IMG/VR virus record: IMGVR_UViG_3300031998_000040
Location: 34,345-98,344 of that record
Direction: 5' to 3' (one strand)
Length of the DNA stretch: 64,000 nt
Source of the DNA: a virus
Taxonomy: Duplodnaviria; Caudoviricetes
In this document: piece by piece, positions 45,335 through 55,576 of the stretch
How the letters are laid out: each line of letters opens with the position of its first letter
Position numbering within the stretch: position 1 is the first letter of the stretch
Position numbers and translations under genes: made by a program
Notes under the pieces: model-generated
Seen by the model: only the letters and a program-made list of their open reading frames with translations
Database searches by the model: none
Told to the model about the DNA's origin: nothing

Positions 45335-46561
45335 TTAGATGGTCATGATGGCCGCTTTCTGAGAGAAGATGGACACCACATCCAGGGCGATGGTGAGGTT
45401 GATGCCCACCTCGAAAGCCGCGTTGCGGGTAGGCTCGATCTCCAGAGAGATCGGGGTCTCCGCCGTGTAGCCGATGGTCATGGGCTTCCGGGCGTTGGCA
45501 GCCATGATCCAGATCTGGTTCTGGTTCAGGACGGTCTGCACGGAAGTGAACTGGCTGTTGGGCACGATGGCGTCCATGAGGGGCAGAAGCCGCACGCCCA
45601 TGAACTCGCCCAGGTAGCCGCTGCGGGTATAGTCAGCGCCCAGCAGAGTGGCGATGGCAGCGTCCATGTTCACGTTGGTGGAGCCGGTGACCTGGGTGGG
45701 AAGCACCTTGCTCAGAGCCACGAGGCCGCCGGTGGCGAACAGGTTGCCGAACTGGGTGCTGTTGAGAGCGGCCACCTTGTTCGCCAGCGTGACAAAGTTC
45801 ACGTTGGAGAAGGTGCCGGTCAGGCCGGTGGGCACCAGGGTGGTGTCAGCGGCGGCGGTCGCCAGCGCGTCGTTCCACATCGCCAGGGTCTTGGCGTACA
45901 TCCCGGCGGTCAGGTTGGCGAAGAAGCGGCCGAAGTCCACGTTGTTGCCGACGAGCTGGTGCCACTTGGCAACGATCATGCAGGTCTTGGGCTGGGGATT
46001 GATGGTATAATCCCGGCTGTAGAAGCGGTTGGCGGGAACGCTCCAGGAGCTGCCCCATGCGCTGTCCTGGAACACGGGGATGTCCGTGCTGGAGATGGAC
46101 AGCTCGTAGGTCTCGCCGAAGCCGACCTCCACGGTGTCCGCGAACACGTCCACGGCCTCGCTGTAGACAGCAGGCAGGATGGGGTTGACGATCTCGGTAT
46201 AGATACCGGCCAGGGTGGCCCAGAAGCTCTTGTTGTTGAAGAACCGCTGGCCCTGCGCCTTGAAGCTGTCCCAGTCCTTCGGAGCGGGTTCATGAGTGGC
46301 CTCGCAGGCGACGCGGGCGGCGTACAGCAGGTGCTCCTTCTGGAAGGTCCGGTTCAGAGCGGTGTACTGGGCGGGGGTCAGCTCGGCGGCGGGGGCGGTC
46401 TCCGGGGAGCCGTTGGCCCGCAGCAGGGCTTCCTTGCCGCGACGGGCGTGCTCGAAGAACAGGGCGCGGCCCTCGGCCAGAATCTCGGCTCTGGCGTCCT
46501 GAGTTTCACCGTTGACGCGGAAGATGCTCCGGTCCACGGAATTGAGGCAAAGCTTGTTCAT
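45335..46561 (-). CDS. Major capsid protein
   Basis: ~408 aa; strongly biased codon usage; GAGGAGG RBS; follows scaffold and decoration genes. Confidence 0.75.
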   Translation of the reverse strand: MNKLCLNSVDRSIFRVNGETQDARAEILAEGRALFFEHARRGKEALLRANGSPETAPAAELTPAQYTALNRTFQKEHLLYAARVACEATHEPAPKDWDSFKAQGQRFFNNKSFWATLAGIYTEIVNPILPAVYSEAVDVFADTVEVGFGETYELSISSTDIPVFQDSAWGSSWSVPANRFYSRDYTINPQPKTCMIVAKWHQLVGNNVDFGRFFANLTAGMYAKTLAMWNDALATAAADTTLVPTGLTGTFSNVNFVTLANKVAALNSTQFGNLFATGGLVALSKVLPTQVTGSTNVNMDAAIATLLGADYTRSGYLGEFMGVRLLPLMDAIVPNSQFTSVQTVLNQNQIWIMAANARKPMTIGYTAETPISLEIEPTRNAAFEVGINLTIALDVVSIFSQKAAIMTI

Positions 46562-46580
46562 GTCTGATGTCCTCCTCTCG

Positions 46581-47180
46581 TTACGCGCTGACCTTGCAGG
46601 CCACAACGTCGTAGTAGGTGAAGCTGGCGGAAGCGCCCTCCACGAAGACGCCGGTTCCCCGCAGCTCAAAGTAGATGGCCCCGGCGGTGGCGGGGGCGGA
46701 AGCGGCAGGCACCAGCAGGCCGTCGTCGATGGTGAAGAAGGTGTTGGTGCTCACGGCAGAAGCCATGTTGCCCTCGCCGAAGCGATACACGCTCTGGCCG
46801 TCGAAGTCGATGCGGGTGAAGTTGCCGTAGCGTCCGGCGGGAACGCCCAGGCCCAGGGTCTCGCTGCCAACGTAGTAGGCGTTGCCGTGCTTACCGGGCA
46901 GGAGCTGGGTGTCGTAGGGGTCGCAGGCGTAGATCACGTCGTCCATGGTGGCGGTGTCGGCAGCCGCGTTGAAAATCCAGGTATTCTCGTTGTAGACCCT
47001 GGTGCCGCTGGGGTTGTCGAAGCCCACGTTGGGGGCCTGGGAAGCCCGGACGCACAGCAGACCGGCGGAGCAGTCGGCGGCGGCGGAGCTTTCCTGATAC
47101 AGACCGGCGACATGGCTCAGGTCGTCGCGGCGGTTGTTGGTGATTCTCGCCTCAAAGGCGGTCTTGTCGATGAAAGCCAT
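46581..47180 (-). CDS. Putative head decoration protein
   Basis: Between scaffold and capsid genes; biased codons. Confidence 0.6.
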   Translation of the reverse strand: MAFIDKTAFEARITNNRRDDLSHVAGLYQESSAAADCSAGLLCVRASQAPNVGFDNPSGTRVYNENTWIFNAAADTATMDDVIYACDPYDTQLLPGKHGNAYYVGSETLGLGVPAGRYGNFTRIDFDGQSVYRFGEGNMASAVSTNTFFTIDDGLLVPAASAPATAGAIYFELRGTGVFVEGASASFTYYDVVACKVSA

Positions 47181-47198
47181 GGTTGTCACTCTCCTTTA

Positions 47199-48584
47199 TT
47201 ACTGAATGCCCTTCCGGGCCAGGAGGCTCTGGATGCCGCCGTCGTCAACGGGGGCCTTGCCCTCCTTGTTCCAGATCACGGTGTTGTTCTGCTTCTCCTG
47301 CGCCTTTTCCCGGTACTCCATGTCCTTCTTGGCGCAGATGCTCATGACGCGCTCGCACACCTTCTCGTCGCCGCAGAAGTCTCCCTCTTTGTCGGCGCAT
47401 TCGGTGTAGTCGCCTCCGTCGATCTCGGCCATGACGCAGGAAATGTCTTCCTCGCAGACCTGCTCGGCGGCGTCACGGTTCTCGTTGAACTTCCGAAGGG
47501 CTTCCTTGGCGGCTTCCTTCATGGCTTTGACCCGGCGCTTGTTTTCCTTCTCGGTCATGGCCTTGATGGTCGCCTGCGCGTCGTCGCGTTCTTTCTCAGC
47601 CGCCGTCAGGTTGGCGGACAGGATTTCGATGCGGGAATTCAGAGCCGCGAAAAAGTCCTCCGCGTTCATCTGGAAGTCCTCGCCGAAGCTCACGATGGCA
47701 GTCAGAGGGGTGATCCTCTCCGGCGCGATGGTCTCGTCTGCGCTCGCCATGCGATAGTTGAAGGGTTCGTAGCTGTCGTTGCGCATGGTAACGAGGACGC
47801 TCTTGTCTTCCTCGTTTTCCTTAGCGGCCATCACGACATAGCCCTGGAACCGCTCGTTCAGCTTGGCGAGCTGCTTCTTGGTGAAAGTCACTGTCTTTTT
47901 CACTCCTTTGTCAGAGTTATTGTTTGGGGTCGTCGGTTCTTCCGCCTTGGGCGGCGTCCCCTCGCCCCCCTCGGTGTTGGGATGATACGAGGCGACTTTG
48001 AGCTTCAGACTGTTCCACTTTTCGCCGTCCATCGCCTTGAGTGCCTGGATATTCGCTCCGGGGATCGCGGGAGCCACCGTGTCGTGCAGGATCGTCACAC
48101 CAAGACCCCGCCACTCCGTAAACACGCTTCTTCCGTCTTCTTCGTGCTCTCCGGTGACTTCCGTTTCGGCGCTGACGCTCATGCGGCCCTGTTCCGCAAG
48201 AGTGTCGCAAAGCTGCCGGTTATAAAAACGCCAGAGTTTCCCCTTGGCGACTATCCACGTTCCGTCCTCGCCGGTCTCCGTCCATACATCGCTCTCCCCT
48301 TCGCCGATTGCGCCCACGATTCTCTCCGCGTTCGCTCCGGTGAAGTCGGCAATCAGTTCCCCGCGCCACATGGTCTCGTCCATGTTGTGCCCGTCCGCGA
48401 TACGTCTGCCGACGTAGGCGCAGAGGATGGGCGTTCCCCGGAAGGTCTCCGCAAACTGTTCCGCGTTCCGGTAGTCCCAGTTGTTGCGGTTGAGGCCGCT
48501 CCGCATGATGCGCAGCCGCACGTTGTAGTTGAGGTCGCTGTCCCTGTCCAGAACTTCCAGCAGACCCAAGACAGGTTCGCTCAT
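47199..48584 (-). CDS. Prohead protease/scaffold fusion
   Basis: NRN, TPILCAY, DGH, SVSAE, G.TIL...PAIPGA motifs; coiled-coil C-terminus. Confidence 0.7.
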   Translation of the reverse strand: MSEPVLGLLEVLDRDSDLNYNVRLRIMRSGLNRNNWDYRNAEQFAETFRGTPILCAYVGRRIADGHNMDETMWRGELIADFTGANAERIVGAIGEGESDVWTETGEDGTWIVAKGKLWRFYNRQLCDTLAEQGRMSVSAETEVTGEHEEDGRSVFTEWRGLGVTILHDTVAPAIPGANIQALKAMDGEKWNSLKLKVASYHPNTEGGEGTPPKAEEPTTPNNNSDKGVKKTVTFTKKQLAKLNERFQGYVVMAAKENEEDKSVLVTMRNDSYEPFNYRMASADETIAPERITPLTAIVSFGEDFQMNAEDFFAALNSRIEILSANLTAAEKERDDAQATIKAMTEKENKRRVKAMKEAAKEALRKFNENRDAAEQVCEEDISCVMAEIDGGDYTECADKEGDFCGDEKVCERVMSICAKKDMEYREKAQEKQNNTVIWNKEGKAPVDDGGIQSLLARKGIQ

Positions 48585-48655
48585 ACTGCATTCCTCCTTG
48601 TTGGTTTACCGTTATGTTGGAATATGTAAACCCTATAAAACGGGGTATTCCTCCG

Positions 48656-48859
48656 TTACACGAAATCGTCCGGCTCGATGCGTTCTACCCCGGTGATTTC
48701 GTAGGGTTTTTCTTCATTGAAGCGGAGCTTCATTGCCCGTTCCGCCTTGGTCTTTGCCGCCGTTTCGCTCTCCGCCTGCACCCGAAACTGATACTTCCCG
48801 TCTCCGATTTTGGCGTGAACGACGTAGAGGTGTTCAACTACGTTATGCTTGACGTTCAT
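48656..48859 (-). CDS. Hypothetical protein
   Basis: ATGA coupling with upstream gene. Confidence 0.6.
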   Translation of the reverse strand: MNVKHNVVEHLYVVHAKIGDGKYQFRVQAESETAAKTKAERAMKLRFNEEKPYEITGVERIEPDDFV

Positions 48860-49095
48860 TCCGCCTTACCTTCTTTCAGCCGTTCCAGCATGATATTCCA
48901 TGCAGCACAGATGGCGGCGGCAAGGGCTGCGGACACCACCGGGGAAAGCACCGCCCACAGGGCGCTCCAGCTTTCCGGCCAACCTCCGTTCAGGATGACC
49001 ACGATTTCCGGGACAAGAACGCCTCCGAATGCCTGCGCCGCCGTTTTCAAAGCCCTTATTACCCAGTCGGGCTGTTTCTTCAGCCACTCTTTCAT
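48856..49095 (-). CDS. Holin-like protein (two hydrophobic helices)
   Basis: W..RALKTAAQAF motif. Confidence 0.65.
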   Translation of the reverse strand: MKEWLKKQPDWVIRALKTAAQAFGGVLVPEIVVILNGGWPESWSALWAVLSPVVSAALAAAICAAWNIMLERLKEGKAE

Positions 49096-49113
49096 CGTTG
49101 TTTCCTCCGTTCC

Positions 49114-50838
49114 TTATCCGATAGAATCAAGATCATTTTCCTGACCGTCGCTGGTCACACCCTCTGCCTCCGGTCTGCCTCCCGGATTGAGGTCGTGCGC
49201 AGCCTGCGGGGGCAAACCGCTTTCGGATTGCTTCATGCTATACGAAGTCACAAGTGCGACCCTACGATCCAAAAGACCACTCTTTGCCACCATGTCGCTC
49301 CAGCAGATGTCGTCCAGCAGGCTGCGGTCATGGAGCGCGTTGTACTGGATGGCGGCGGGAAGGATGCCAAGCGTCATGTCGTTACGAAGCTGCTTTTCAA
49401 GCTGGTTGTCCATGTAAAGGTCGCCGAACATGTGGAACTCGAATTCATGTTTGAGATTGAGATCCGCAATGGCGCAGGCCATCAGGCGCTCCACCCCGCT
49501 ATAGATGGGGGCGAGATACTTGCCCTCGATCTGGAAGGATATCTGCGCCGCGCCCGCCCTTGCTTCGTCGGAAGCCGGGATAAGTCCGCTGAGACCGGCT
49601 TGTGTGATGATGTCGCTGTTTCCCTGGCTCACGATGTCAGAGGTGCTGGCTACCTCGTTGAAGGTCTCCAGCTTCATGTTCTCCACCGGGGCAAAGTAGA
49701 TTGGGAGGCCGCCGGTGTTGTATGCTCCCATGAGCTGATTCCAGATTTCCGTGAAAAGCAGTCGTCCCGCATTGCTCAGCTTGTACTGGTCTGCGGTGTT
49801 GGTATCTTTGCTCTCGAAGTACGGAATCTCTCCGTGAACGAATCCGACGAGCGGATTCTGGTAGAGCTGGAGTTGAAGCTGGGTCAAATCCGCGAATTGC
49901 ATAAGCCCGATAAACAGACCGGCCAAAGGCGGCGTCACTTCCGGAAGGGCTTCATCAACTTCGATGGTGAACGCCTTGTCCACGGGTAGCGTCACCCAGT
50001 AGTACCACCTCCCGTTTTCATTCAGCACTTCCGCGTTGGGCTTCACCTTGCTTACCGCGCCGATGTCGATGCGGCTCTTTTCAGCGTAGACCACCTTTGC
50101 CCCGTCTCGACGGGGTGCCGGGATAATCAGGCTGTTGAAGTCGTTCCAGTAGTTGTCAAAAAGTCCGGCAGGAAATTGCCGAACGTCCGTTCCCGGCTGG
50201 GCGAAGTACATCATGTCGAATGCCAGAGTGTACTTGCTGATATTGTTCCGCCCTACGATCTTGATCCACTCGGAGGGGAGCTGCTGGTAAAAGGCGTGGT
50301 TGATGCGGTTGCGGCTCTTGTCTGCGCTTACCCGATAGGTCCAGAAGGTCTTCCCTTCCAGCATTGCCTTTGCGCCCGCTTCCCTCGCCAGCTCGTGGGG
50401 CTTCATGGTCTTGCGGAGCTTGTCCGCCAGCCGGTATTCCCTCCAGAAGGAATCGTTCATGTCGCTTTGGTCTACCAAAGTCGGAACGATGTAGTTGTGA
50501 TAGGTCAGCAGGCTGGAATAGGTCCTGCGCATATGTCGGTAGGTATAGTTGGTGTAGTCCAGGCTGCGGGAAGCCTCCCGCAGCTTCCTTTCGTTGGTCT
50601 GCGGGCGCTTCAGCATTGCCGCGATTTCGTCTTTGTTGAAGTTGATGGGGCTGGTTCCGATTCCCTGGAACCGTTGGTTCATCACCTGCGGGCTTGCAAA
50701 CATGCCGCCCTGAAAGCCGAATGCGCTGATAAGGCTTTGGAACGGTACGTTGTAGTCCTCCGCCATGCTGCGGAACTTGCTGAATATTTCCGGGAAGGAG
50801 CCGTATTTCACTTTTTGAAGTTCCTTCGTGCTCGTCAT
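49114..50838 (-). CDS. Portal protein
   Basis: 574 aa after terminase; C-terminal GGRP. Confidence 0.75.
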   Translation of the reverse strand: MTSTKELQKVKYGSFPEIFSKFRSMAEDYNVPFQSLISAFGFQGGMFASPQVMNQRFQGIGTSPINFNKDEIAAMLKRPQTNERKLREASRSLDYTNYTYRHMRRTYSSLLTYHNYIVPTLVDQSDMNDSFWREYRLADKLRKTMKPHELAREAGAKAMLEGKTFWTYRVSADKSRNRINHAFYQQLPSEWIKIVGRNNISKYTLAFDMMYFAQPGTDVRQFPAGLFDNYWNDFNSLIIPAPRRDGAKVVYAEKSRIDIGAVSKVKPNAEVLNENGRWYYWVTLPVDKAFTIEVDEALPEVTPPLAGLFIGLMQFADLTQLQLQLYQNPLVGFVHGEIPYFESKDTNTADQYKLSNAGRLLFTEIWNQLMGAYNTGGLPIYFAPVENMKLETFNEVASTSDIVSQGNSDIITQAGLSGLIPASDEARAGAAQISFQIEGKYLAPIYSGVERLMACAIADLNLKHEFEFHMFGDLYMDNQLEKQLRNDMTLGILPAAIQYNALHDRSLLDDICWSDMVAKSGLLDRRVALVTSYSMKQSESGLPPQAAHDLNPGGRPEAEGVTSDGQENDLDSIG

Positions 50839-50859
50839 GGCCGCTTCCCCCTTCCTTCG

Positions 50860-51192
50860 TTATTTGTCTTTCCTGCCAGCGGATTCCTCCGCCAGTTCTT
50901 GCAGGATCGTTTCAAATTCCTCGATCTTTTCTCCGAGCCTGCGCAGCATCTCCGGCTTCTGCCGCTCGATTTCTTCCACCAGCAGGCGGGTGTTGCAGGC
51001 CAGCAGCCAGTTCCGGTCCCCTTCGGTCAGGCGTCCCGCGTCTTCGTCCGTCAGCTCCGCGCTTGGCTGCGGCGCTTCTCCGTCGGTATATACGAGGGTA
51101 TATTCCGCAGTAATGCGGCTGAACCGCTGATATCCCATCCCGTCGATGGTCTCCGGTTTTGTGGGCATCGCGTAGAGCTTGTATGCGTTCAA
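50860..51192 (-). CDS. Hypothetical protein (TTG start overlapping terminase stop)
   Basis: GGGAGG 9 nt before TTG51192. Confidence 0.6.
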   Translation of the reverse strand: MNAYKLYAMPTKPETIDGMGYQRFSRITAEYTLVYTDGEAPQPSAELTDEDAGRLTEGDRNWLLACNTRLLVEEIERQKPEMLRRLGEKIEEFETILQELAEESAGRKDK

Positions 51193-53033
51193 AACACCCG
51201 GCCTCCCTGCCGTGCCGTTATGAGCCTCCCGTGAGATGTACCGGCAACGCCCGCCGATGCGGGGCTTGCGGTCTGATACTGCCGCAGGAGGTCGTCGTAG
51301 TCGCTTTTTACCTGCCGTTTCACCAAGTTCTGCCATTCCAGCCTCTGCGCCACGCGAAGGGCGTATTTCAGGGCTGACCAGCTATCGCGCTGGATGTGCT
51401 GGCTGATCCGCTTTTCAGTCCCGTTGATGACCTTGAGGTTTTGAATCTGGCCGACCAGTTCTCCCGTCTTCCGGTATGCGTTGTAGATCGCGCTGTCGCT
51501 GCGGTCATCCTTGATGCGGTGGTATTTCTTATAGGCTTCCAGTCCGCTCTGCCAGTTGGAAGTCAGGAGCTGGACGTTGCGGTATTCAAATTGCGTCTGC
51601 GCGTAACGCACCATGTCGGCATCCGGGTCCGTCACTCCAAGCCCGCCTGCCTTGATGGGGTACAGCACCGGAAGCGCACCGGGTATTTCAAGCGAACTTT
51701 GGAACTCGTGGTTCCATGAGCACAGCGGCGGGAGTCCGTCTCCGATATCCTGCATGAGGCAGGTCGCCACGGCGCTTCCGAATTGCCATGCGTCGATAGC
51801 CAGGTAGGTGTCTGCGCCGTCAAAGCAGAAGCGATTCCAGATCGCCTTGACCTTCCGCGCCTGGTCCATATCTGGCGTCGGCCTCCAGTCATCCACATAC
51901 ACGACTTGCTTCAGGTACTTATCCCGCTTGATGTGGCTCCTCTGCCTTGTAAGCTTCAGCACGACGCAGGCGCATTTGGCGTTGATCGGGCCGTCCGCGT
52001 AGCTCACGTCGTAGCCGACGATATAGATAACGTCCTTCGGAAAATACTCGTTGGCGTTGTCTTTCAGGCAGGTGTGGTTCTCCATCATCAGGAGGCTCCG
52101 GCAGTCCGTGAGGGTACTGTCCGATACCATAGGGTTGCTGTCCGTCCCCGTGTAGAGGCTGCACAGTTCCCTTGCGAACTGATCTGGCGTCAGTTCCTGC
52201 TTTCGGCTTTCCGCCCATGATACCGGGCGCATCTGGTTCAGCAGGAGAACGTCGTAAGGAACGTCCATCACGTATGCGCTCTGCCCCTGTTTCATCATCG
52301 TCAGGTGTCGGCATCGGTTCTCGTAGGCGTAGCTTTGCCGTCTCCCGGCGGACGTGATGCTGTGCTGCTTGTAGGGTATATAGGCTCGGCTCTTTCTCCC
52401 CTGTACCACATAGGGAAGCCGAACGGCGGGGAGGACGACCTGAACGTAATCGTCTTCGTCGAACTTCACCCCGTCCTCCTGCGCTATCTCTTCCGCCACG
52501 CTCTTGTGGAGGTTGATGCCGCGCCGTCCGGTGATGGAGAGAGAACTGCCGTAGTCTGCGGTGGATATTGCGAAATTGTCCTTGCTGGAACTGTCCGTCT
52601 GGAAATGCGCCGTCAGGATTGGATAATCATGCTCCAATGCCCGGTGCGTTTCTATTCCGATGGAAGCCGTCTGTTTCAGGCTTGGTCCGATATACAGGGC
52701 TTTTGTTCCCGGCCATGTAAGCTGTTCCGTTTCCTCCTCCAGCAGGGAGGAATGGCTCTTGCCTGCGCCGCGCCCTTCCGTCAGATCGACGTACTGGAAG
52801 TTGGCTTTTGCCCGCATGTTGACGCGGTGCAGGATGGGAAGATCGTAGTTGGCTTCGTCGCTTCGGCAAAGGTCGGCCAGGAAGTCCGGGAACCACCGGC
52901 AGGCCGCCATGAAAAGCACCCATCCGTCTCCCAGGTTGTCATAGCTGTATGCAGCCGTGTACGATTTTTTTATCCAGCCCGTGCCGGGAGACCAAGTATA
53001 AGCTCGTCTGTATCCTCCGGGCATATCAATCAA
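51189..53033 (-). CDS. terL: Terminase large subunit
   Basis: Walker A GRGAGKS; AEEIAQ; nuclease motifs IVGYDVS and LAIDA; RDSWSA. Confidence 0.88.
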   Translation of the reverse strand: MIDMPGGYRRAYTWSPGTGWIKKSYTAAYSYDNLGDGWVLFMAACRWFPDFLADLCRSDEANYDLPILHRVNMRAKANFQYVDLTEGRGAGKSHSSLLEEETEQLTWPGTKALYIGPSLKQTASIGIETHRALEHDYPILTAHFQTDSSSKDNFAISTADYGSSLSITGRRGINLHKSVAEEIAQEDGVKFDEDDYVQVVLPAVRLPYVVQGRKSRAYIPYKQHSITSAGRRQSYAYENRCRHLTMMKQGQSAYVMDVPYDVLLLNQMRPVSWAESRKQELTPDQFARELCSLYTGTDSNPMVSDSTLTDCRSLLMMENHTCLKDNANEYFPKDVIYIVGYDVSYADGPINAKCACVVLKLTRQRSHIKRDKYLKQVVYVDDWRPTPDMDQARKVKAIWNRFCFDGADTYLAIDAWQFGSAVATCLMQDIGDGLPPLCSWNHEFQSSLEIPGALPVLYPIKAGGLGVTDPDADMVRYAQTQFEYRNVQLLTSNWQSGLEAYKKYHRIKDDRSDSAIYNAYRKTGELVGQIQNLKVINGTEKRISQHIQRDSWSALKYALRVAQRLEWQNLVKRQVKSDYDDLLRQYQTASPASAGVAGTSHGRLITARQGGRVF

Positions 53034-53973
53034 ATCCCTCTCGCCCGAAGTCGGAATAAACCTCGTCCCTCCGCACTTTCTGGGCCGGTTCTTCCGCCGC
53101 CACCGCCGCCGTCCGCCCGTCGTTTCGCGTCAGGTTCAGGTATTCGTAGACTTCCTGTTCCTGCTCGTTGGGTTCCAATGCAAACTCATGGGCGTAGTCA
53201 CCCATCTTTGCCTGCTCCGGAAGCGTCGGAAGGTCGGGAAGATCGTTGTTCTCCCGCATGGTGTTGATGATACTGAGCATCGCGTGCTCGGCGGCGTCCA
53301 CGGTCTCCGGGTAGTGCTTGCTGCGGCACCACTTCCAGAAAAGTTCCATGAACTGCTCTTTTGTCAGCTCCGCTCCGACTCCGTATTTCTTCTGCATGGC
53401 ATCGATTATTCCGTCTACCCTCGCGGTTTCGATGGGCTTCGCGTCCTTCTTCCGCAGGTTCTCCGCCGCCAGGTTATCCTGAATCATTCGGTTCATGGTA
53501 TTGGCAATCGCGGCGCTGTCCTTATCCCCTTTGGCGATACATTTGTCCCGCAGCAGCGCCATGCGGCTGCAATTCCGCAGGGTGTCCTCCTGCTGGGCGT
53601 CCATCCCTCCGGCGGCGTCCAAGCGCATGGAGTACATGCGGAATATCCCGTCCAGGCTCTTATAGTCCTGGACCGTGTAAGGGTTGTCCGGGTCTCCGTA
53701 TCCCCAGTCCCGCTCCCAGCGTTCCTGTTCACTGGCCCCGTCCGCAAGGACGGTCTCCACGTCGGTCTCTCCGTCGATAAATGTTTCCTGCCTGGGAAGA
53801 CCTTCCAGATATTCCAGATAGGCTCCCCACGTCGGAACCGCCTGTGACGTATCGACCGGCAGATTCAGCGTCGCGCAGATGCAGTAAAGCGCAACGTCCC
53901 CGCCTATGTTTTCGGCCAGTTCAAGAAAACGCTTGCTTATTTCTTCTGCTTTCGCGTTTTCCGGTATTTGCAT
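53026..53973 (-). CDS. Protein upstream of terL (terminase small subunit candidate)
   Basis: GAGGAGG RBS then ATG53973; first gene of late operon. Confidence 0.55.
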   Translation of the reverse strand: MQIPENAKAEEISKRFLELAENIGGDVALYCICATLNLPVDTSQAVPTWGAYLEYLEGLPRQETFIDGETDVETVLADGASEQERWERDWGYGDPDNPYTVQDYKSLDGIFRMYSMRLDAAGGMDAQQEDTLRNCSRMALLRDKCIAKGDKDSAAIANTMNRMIQDNLAAENLRKKDAKPIETARVDGIIDAMQKKYGVGAELTKEQFMELFWKWCRSKHYPETVDAAEHAMLSIINTMRENNDLPDLPTLPEQAKMGDYAHEFALEPNEQEQEVYEYLNLTRNDGRTAAVAAEEPAQKVRRDEVYSDFGREGFD

Positions 53974-54154
53974 AGCGCCCTCCTCTTTCCGCCCCTCCCC
54001 GTCCGGGGAAGACCCATTTCCCCGGACGGTAAAAAGGAGGTAATCGCGCCTCAATCGAAGCGCCAGGGCAGGAAGAAAAAAGAAAGAATAACAATGAAAA
54101 ATAGCGCTCAGCGGCAGATAGTCCGCTTCACGCTATTATCTTTCTCTATATTTT

Positions 54155-54170
54155 CGGCGTTTTAACGCCA
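54155..54170 (-). promoter_or_regulatory. Candidate late-gene regulatory motif, copy 1
   Basis: TGGCGTTAAAACGCCG, 14 nt upstream of GATAAT. Confidence 0.5.
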
Positions 54171-54205
54171 CTTTTGTGGTTTACTTGTCACACACCGACC
54201 TTTCT

Positions 54206-55360
54206 TCACTCATACCGAATGAAGCTCTTTCCGTAGACTTCGTTGCACATATCAAAGACTTTGCCCATTCCAAGTCCCTTTGTGCTCCGCGTCCATATCT
54301 GCTTCGGGTTCCAGTTTTCCCAGTCCCCGTCCATCTTCGGTGCCGTCGGGTCGTAGTGCGGGTTGTCGATCCACTGTCCTCCCATGATGCAGTATTCATA
54401 CTGCCTTGGGTGCGTCCTGGCAAGACGTTGGAATCTGGTCTCTCCCTTTTCCAGATGCAGGCCAAATGCGCAGAAGATACAGCCTGTACGGTCGCAGCCC
54501 GTGCAGCGCAGCCGCCTCGTGATTTCCCCGGTCTCGTTCTTGGGCGGCCAGTTCATGCCATGCCGATCTGCGCCAACCACCTTCCCGTAGACGCTTGCGA
54601 TTTCCAGGTCATTCAGGACGATGTATTGCAGAATGTCCTGTTCAGTCCAGATGGAAAGCGGCTTGGATTCTTTGTTACGCCCTTCATAGATGTTGCACCC
54701 GTCCTTGATCCAGGATTGTTTACGGAGACGGCTTTCCTCCGCCAGTGTACCGAGCATCGGAAAAACCTGATGCTCGGAGATATATGACTTGATGGGAGAT
54801 TTTTTCATCTTGTAGCAGCAGTATTCCGAAATGAGGATGGGGAGCTGCACCATCGGAAGCCAGTTTGCCTTTTGGTACTGAGACCGCTCTACGGTTCCGT
54901 CTTCCTTCGTCCAGTGTGCGCTGGAGAATTGCTTGCGATACCCCACCGTCGCCCTGTATCCTCTGGATTCATGCTCCCCTTCAGGGACGATTCTTCTGGC
55001 GTAATGGATAGCCGCAGCGATTTCCTTGCTGACTAGTGGGTATCCGTATTCGGTGATAACCTGGGCGAAGTTCATGGGCGGTGTGACGATATCCACGTTG
55101 TCAAAGGTTTTGACAAACGACTGTATTTCAGGGTATTCCAGCCCGGTGTTGGAGAATACGGCTCGGATGTTTGGAAAATGCTTTCGCGCCATGTGAAGCA
55201 GCACCGTGGAATCCTTTCCCCCGGAGAACGAAACAACGACGTTGCTTACCCCGAATGCTTCCACCCACTCAAATATCCGGTTCCTGGATATTGCCTCTTT
55301 CATGTCGAGCGGAAGTGCCTGCATTTGCTTCAGAACCTTCTCGCTTCTGATCTCGTCCAT
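54206..55360 (-). CDS. PAPS-reductase-family (PP-loop) protein
   Basis: SFSGGKDSTV, NTGLEYPE, CC..MKK, RTGCIFC. Confidence 0.9.
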   Translation of the reverse strand: MDEIRSEKVLKQMQALPLDMKEAISRNRIFEWVEAFGVSNVVVSFSGGKDSTVLLHMARKHFPNIRAVFSNTGLEYPEIQSFVKTFDNVDIVTPPMNFAQVITEYGYPLVSKEIAAAIHYARRIVPEGEHESRGYRATVGYRKQFSSAHWTKEDGTVERSQYQKANWLPMVQLPILISEYCCYKMKKSPIKSYISEHQVFPMLGTLAEESRLRKQSWIKDGCNIYEGRNKESKPLSIWTEQDILQYIVLNDLEIASVYGKVVGADRHGMNWPPKNETGEITRRLRCTGCDRTGCIFCAFGLHLEKGETRFQRLARTHPRQYEYCIMGGQWIDNPHYDPTAPKMDGDWENWNPKQIWTRSTKGLGMGKVFDMCNEVYGKSFIRYE

Positions 55361-55562
55361 TGTTTTTCTCCTTCTCCTTCTCCGCTTCTCTCGCCTCGTC
55401 CCGTGCTTTGCACCGCTGCATCCCGTGCCACATATAGCTCCGTTTGCATTTGCGGTGGCAGCAGTACATGCATATAAAATGCCCCGGCTTCAGCGGGCAC
55501 TCCCCGGCCACGCTGTCGTAGTAGGCGTTTTTGCAGACCTCGCACTTGATTCTTGCAGACAT
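55269..55562 (-). CDS. Cys-rich hypothetical protein
   Basis: Multiple CxxC motifs. Confidence 0.6.
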   Translation of the reverse strand: MSARIKCEVCKNAYYDSVAGECPLKPGHFICMYCCHRKCKRSYMWHGMQRCKARDEAREAEKEKEKNNGRDQKREGSEANAGTSARHERGNIQEPDI

Positions 55563-55576
55563 TTGATTTCCCGTTC

